Source: Mobula hypostoma
Taxonomy: Eukaryota
Assembly (NCBI RefSeq): GCF_963921235.1
Contig: NC_086097.1
Span: 14,756,001-14,820,000 of the forward strand
Reading direction: 5' to 3'
DNA length: 64,000 bases
The notes below the pieces were generated by a model that was given only the letters and a program-made list of their open reading frames with translations, did no database searches and was not told where the DNA came from. Shown here in pieces: positions 61,371-64,000 of this stretch; within the stretch, counting starts at the first letter, position 1, and each line of letters starts with the position of its first letter. The position numbers and the translations under genes are program-made.

Positions 61371-61884
61371 ATGAGGAGAAATTTTAGACCAGAGATGAGG
61401 AGGAATTTCATTAGCCAGAAGGAAGTGAATCTGAGGAATTCTTTACCACAGATGACTGCTGAGGCCAAGTCTTTGGGTATAATTAAGCAGAAGTTGATAG
61501 GTTCTTGATTAGTCAGATCATCATAGGTTAAAGGAAAAAGACGGGAGAATAGGGGCAGGAAGGATAATAAATCAGTCATGATGGAATGGTGGAACAGACT
61601 CGATGGGCTAAGTAGCCTACTTCTGTTCCTGGATCTTATTGTCTTATGTCTTGCTAGGACTTTATTAAGCTACATGTATAATATACTTCTGGTAAGATAG
61701 TGGAGCAGCAGCCTTTCTGAGTCCAAACAAAGATGGAATTGATCATCCTTTCACAAACAAGAGAAAATCTGCAGATGCTGGACATCCAAACAACACACAA
61801 AAAATGCTGGAGGTACTCAGCAGGCCAGGCAGCGTCTATGGCAGCATTTTTTTTATGATCGCAAGACACCGCTGGACATTATGT

Positions 61885-62025
61885 GTACATACATCTATTG
61901 ATGCTTCTGGACACATCTTCAGTGATGTTCCTGGAATCATCGGGTGTTTCGGGTCTTTCAATATCATACAGCCTCCTCCAGGTGACCCAGCCGGGGCTGA
62001 TCAGACCCCAGCTTGTGTCCAGATA
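61885..62025 (-). mobile_element. Possible Hero/R2-group LINE 3' UTR fragment
   Basis: GAAAGACCCGAAACACCCGATG..CACTGAAGATGTGTCC resembles fish Hero 3' ends (from memory only). Confidence 0.35.
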
Positions 62026-62339
62026 TGAACACTGCGTATGGTAGGTCTACTAGTGAGTTGCACGACAGCGGTGGAACTAGAATTGCTGCACAACTATGTT
62101 CCTTCAGCCACCCAGGATATCGGCATCATATGCGGTGCGCTCTCCAATAGATGGTGGAAATGATTGTCTTGGACACTTTTACTGCAATCAGGTGACTTTG
62201 GGACGAGGAAGGAAACTAGGGTCATCCGCTCAGTCTCAGGGAAAGCACACAAAGTCCACATGAACAGCACAAGGTAACAGGACGGAAGGTGGGTCACCGG
62301 AGCCATGAGACAGTCGCATTACTCACTGCATTACTATGC

Positions 62340-62768
62340 CAGTGTCCGAAATACACTGCATTGGCTTCCTGTATCTTTCAGAATTGATTTTAAAGTCCTC
62401 TTACTTGTTTTTAAAGCTCTCAAGGGTCTGGGACAGGAATACATCACAGAATCACTTTTGTTTTATATTCCTGCTCTCAGGCCTTCTTCTGCCAGCCTCT
62501 TAAATTTAAACAATCTCCCTCAAAAGATAATTGGAAGGTCAGCTTTTTTGAACTATGCTCCTAAACTGTAGAACTCAATAGCTAAAACTATCAGGGATGC
62601 AGACTCAGTTTACACTTTTAAACTGCTCAAAACCTATTTATTTAACCTTGTTTTTAATTAACATCTTTTTGTCTGTTATTTTTATGTTTGCACTTTATCA
62701 TTTTGTAAAGCACTTTGAGCTAAATTGTTTATATGAAAAGTTCTCTATAAATAAAGTTATTATTATTA
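62340..62768 (+). mobile_element. L2 LINE 3' fragment
   Basis: LHWLPVSFRIDFKVLLLVFKAL motif; GCACTTTGAG..TATAAATAAAG(TTA)n tail. Confidence 0.85.
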
Positions 62769-63019
62769 ATGTCATAATTTGTCAATCATGACAAATTTGT
62801 CAATCATGAGTGGGAAGCGCAGAATCAAATATCGCTGTGATGATTGTACATTCTAGTATCAATTGTTTGGCGACAATAAAGTATAAAGCATTGTACTTCT
62901 CGCAGAGCATTCACCAAACAGCTCTGTCTTTCTTTAAATCAGCTTTATTATCTACCTCATTAATAATGGGTCCAGCATTTTACCAATGACAGATGCTAGA
63001 TTTACTGGCCAATAGTATT

Positions 63020-63517
63020 CATCAACCTGGTATGGAAGTTGTCCTGTCCAAGACCGGAAGAAGCTGCAGATGATCGTGAACATGGCGCAGCACATCACAC
63101 AAACCAATCTTCCATCCTTGGACTCACTTTACACCGCACGCTGTCGGAGCAGTGCTGCCAGGAGAATCAAGGACACGACCCACCAAGCCAACACACATTT
63201 TGTCCATCTTCCCTGTGGGAGAAGGCTCAGGAGCTTGAAGACTCATACGGCCAGATTTGGGAACAGCTTCTTTCCAACTGTGATAATGGATCCTGACCTG
63301 GATCTGGGCCATACCCTCCAAATATCCGGACCTGCCTCTCCGTTTTTTTGCACTACCTTACTTCCCATTTTTCTATTTTCTCTCTATGATTTATAATTTA
63401 AATTTTTAATATTTACTATCGATTTGTAATCCAGGGAGCGGGAAGCACAGAATCAAATATCACTGTGATGGTTGTACGTTCTAGTATCAATTGTTTGGCG
63501 ACAATAAAGTATAAAGC
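63020..63517 (+). mobile_element. Rex1/Babar 3' fragment
   Basis: LPSLDSLYTARC..IKDTTH..LPCGRRLRS..RFGNSFFP. Confidence 0.8.
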
Positions 63518-63692
63518 ATTGTACTTCTCCCAGAGCACTCACCAAACAGCTCTGTCCTCCAGACCTTTGGAATGACTTGGTTGTCTTCTTCACTGATCTC
63601 CAGCTCTTGAGATTCTTCAGCCTCTGCCTCATGTCCCTCTGGCTCTGAGCTGCAGGCTGTTCTTTTTTAAAGTATTCATTCAAGGGATGGGC

Positions 63693-64000
63693 CACAACAC
63701 ATACAAAATGCTGGAGGAAATCAGCAGATCAGGCAGCATCTATGGAAAGGAACAAAAGAGTTGATATTTTGGGCCTAATCCCTTCATCAGGCCTGGAAAG
63801 GAAAGGGGGAAGAAGCCAGAATACAAAGGTGGGGTGGGGAAGAAGTACAAGCTAGAGGGTAATAGATGAGACCAGTTGAGGGGCAAAGTGGGAGGATGGG
63901 GGAGAGGAGTTGAAGTAATAAGTTGGGAAGTGATAGGTGGAAGAGGTAAAGGGCTGAAGAAAAAGTAACCTGATAGGAGAAGACAGTGGACAATGGGAGA
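63693..64000 (-). mobile_element. Penelope 3' UTR with a mutated hammerhead (runs off the window)
   Basis: Minus strand CAGGC CTGATGA AGGGATTAGGCCC AAAATATC (G12 mutated). Confidence 0.7.

Overview
Vertebrate, very probably cartilaginous-fish (ray/shark) intergenic or intronic DNA. This is inferred from HE1-type SINEs and CR1/Rex1/Penelope families. Most of the window is nested transposable elements: many CR1 LINE fragments (one young copy with an almost intact RT), Rex1/Babar LINEs, Penelope-like remnants, a decayed Gypsy element, solo LTRs, hAT/Tigger/mariner/Harbinger DNA transposons and tRNA- or RTE-derived SINEs. I found no convincing host protein-coding exon. The most notable signals are RNA-level. 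(1) A TSD-flanked non-autonomous RTE-type element has a 5' end that folds into an HDV-like self-cleaving ribozyme, with an unusual hairpin inserted in loop L3. (2) More than ten short Penelope-derived units carry minimal hammerhead ribozyme motifs, some as TSD-flanked fold-backs. Other oddities: an open ORF1-only L1 whose stop codon comes from its TSD, an LTR carrying a tRNA-like segment, an 85-bp monomer array upstream of CR1 ORF1, a compound two-MITE transposon, and a CpG-rich unique island with a CTCF-like site. Family names come from motif recognition, not database searches. Boundaries lacking TSDs are approximate.
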